A stretch of DNA of 64,000 nt from Desulfobacterales bacterium (GTDB lineage Bacteria > Desulfobacterota > Desulfobacteria > Desulfobacterales > UBA2174), in the NCBI GenBank assembly GCA_963668645.2, contig CAXXWC010000018.1, forward strand, positions 32,001-96,000, given 5' to 3'. The translations under genes and the position numbers were made by a program. The notes beneath the pieces are model-generated. The model saw only the letters and a program-made list of their open reading frames with translations, was not told the DNA's origin and did no database searches. Below are positions 63,530-64,000 of this stretch, one piece after another; positions within the stretch are counted from its first letter, which is position 1, and every line of letters starts with the position of its first letter.

Positions 63530-64000
63530 TCACTTCTTGCCTACCAGATTCATCAGGCAGAGCATCAATCCCAACGCGATGAAGGCCCCCGGGGCCTGGA
63601 CCATAAAGGTGAACGGTTCATAATGGGGACCGAAGACGGAATGGCCGAAAAAAGTACCGGTGCCGATGATTTCACGGATGGCACCGAGGGAGGCCAGTGA
63701 AAGGGTGAATCCGATGCCGATGCCCAGACCATCCGCCGTGGAGGCGACGACGCCGTTCTTGGAGGCGAAGGCTTCGGCCCGGCCCAGCAGGATGCAGTTG
63801 ACCACGATGAGGGGAATGAAGACCCCCAGGGTCTGGAAAAGGGCGTAGGCGTAGGCCTGCATGAGCAGTTCAACCACGATGACGAAGGTGGCAATGATGA
63901 TGATAAAACAGGCGATGCGCACCTTCGAAGGGATCACGTTGCGCAGCAGGGACACCAGGATATTGCCGAAAACCAGCACAAAGGTGGTCGCCATGCCCAT
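63530..64000 (-). CDS. rnfE: Rnf complex subunit E (5' end truncated by the window edge)
   Basis: IPSKVRI; LGVFIPLIVVNCILLGRAEAFA; REIIG; PGAF. Confidence 0.92.
   Translation of the reverse strand: MGMATTFVLVFGNILVSLLRNVIPSKVRIACFIIIIATFVIVVELLMQAYAYALFQTLGVFIPLIVVNCILLGRAEAFASKNGVVASTADGLGIGIGFTLSLASLGAIREIIGTGTFFGHSVFGPHYEPFTFMVQAPGAFIALGLMLCLMNLVGKK

Overview
A GC-rich chromosomal segment from an anaerobic deltaproteobacterium, most likely a Desulfobacterales-type sulfate reducer. This is inferred from gene content (DVU0772, DUF3786, CooS, Nqr, Rnf, PAS-sigma54 activators). In order, it holds: a PAS-sigma54 activator, a free-standing archaeal-type ThrRS editing domain, an acyl-CoA synthetase and an N-terminally extended SfsA; a Lap-type c-di-GMP/type I secretion cluster (lapE-lapG-lapD, lapB-lapC-luxR) with no adhesin gene, whose lapD is split by a 3081-bp poly-C tract that is almost certainly a sequencing/assembly artefact; a TolC/MFP/RND efflux system; Cys-rich unknowns and a eukaryote-type hisA; a putative oxidative/nitrosative-stress cluster (cytochrome c', membrane-anchored SOR-like protein, DUF1786, DVU0772, Fur/PerR regulator); citrate synthase; nqrA-F with an RnfC-like 8-Cys NqrA; a long-chain acyl-CoA ligase; a DDE IS with a 142-bp MITE sharing its ends; a Grx/FTR pair divergent from a Fur-boxed cooS; an OrpR-like activator; an MlaC-MMPL-MlaA trio; the serA-ispE-tRNA-Gln-prs-rplY-pth-hppA-carD-rluD block; and the 3' end of an rnf operon. 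The best candidates for undescribed biology are the SOR-like/cytochrome c' module with shared Fur-family boxes, the FeS-retaining Nqr, the IS/MITE pair, and a 12-bp inverted repeat bracketing the serA divergent promoter. All calls come from reading motifs by eye; no searches were run.
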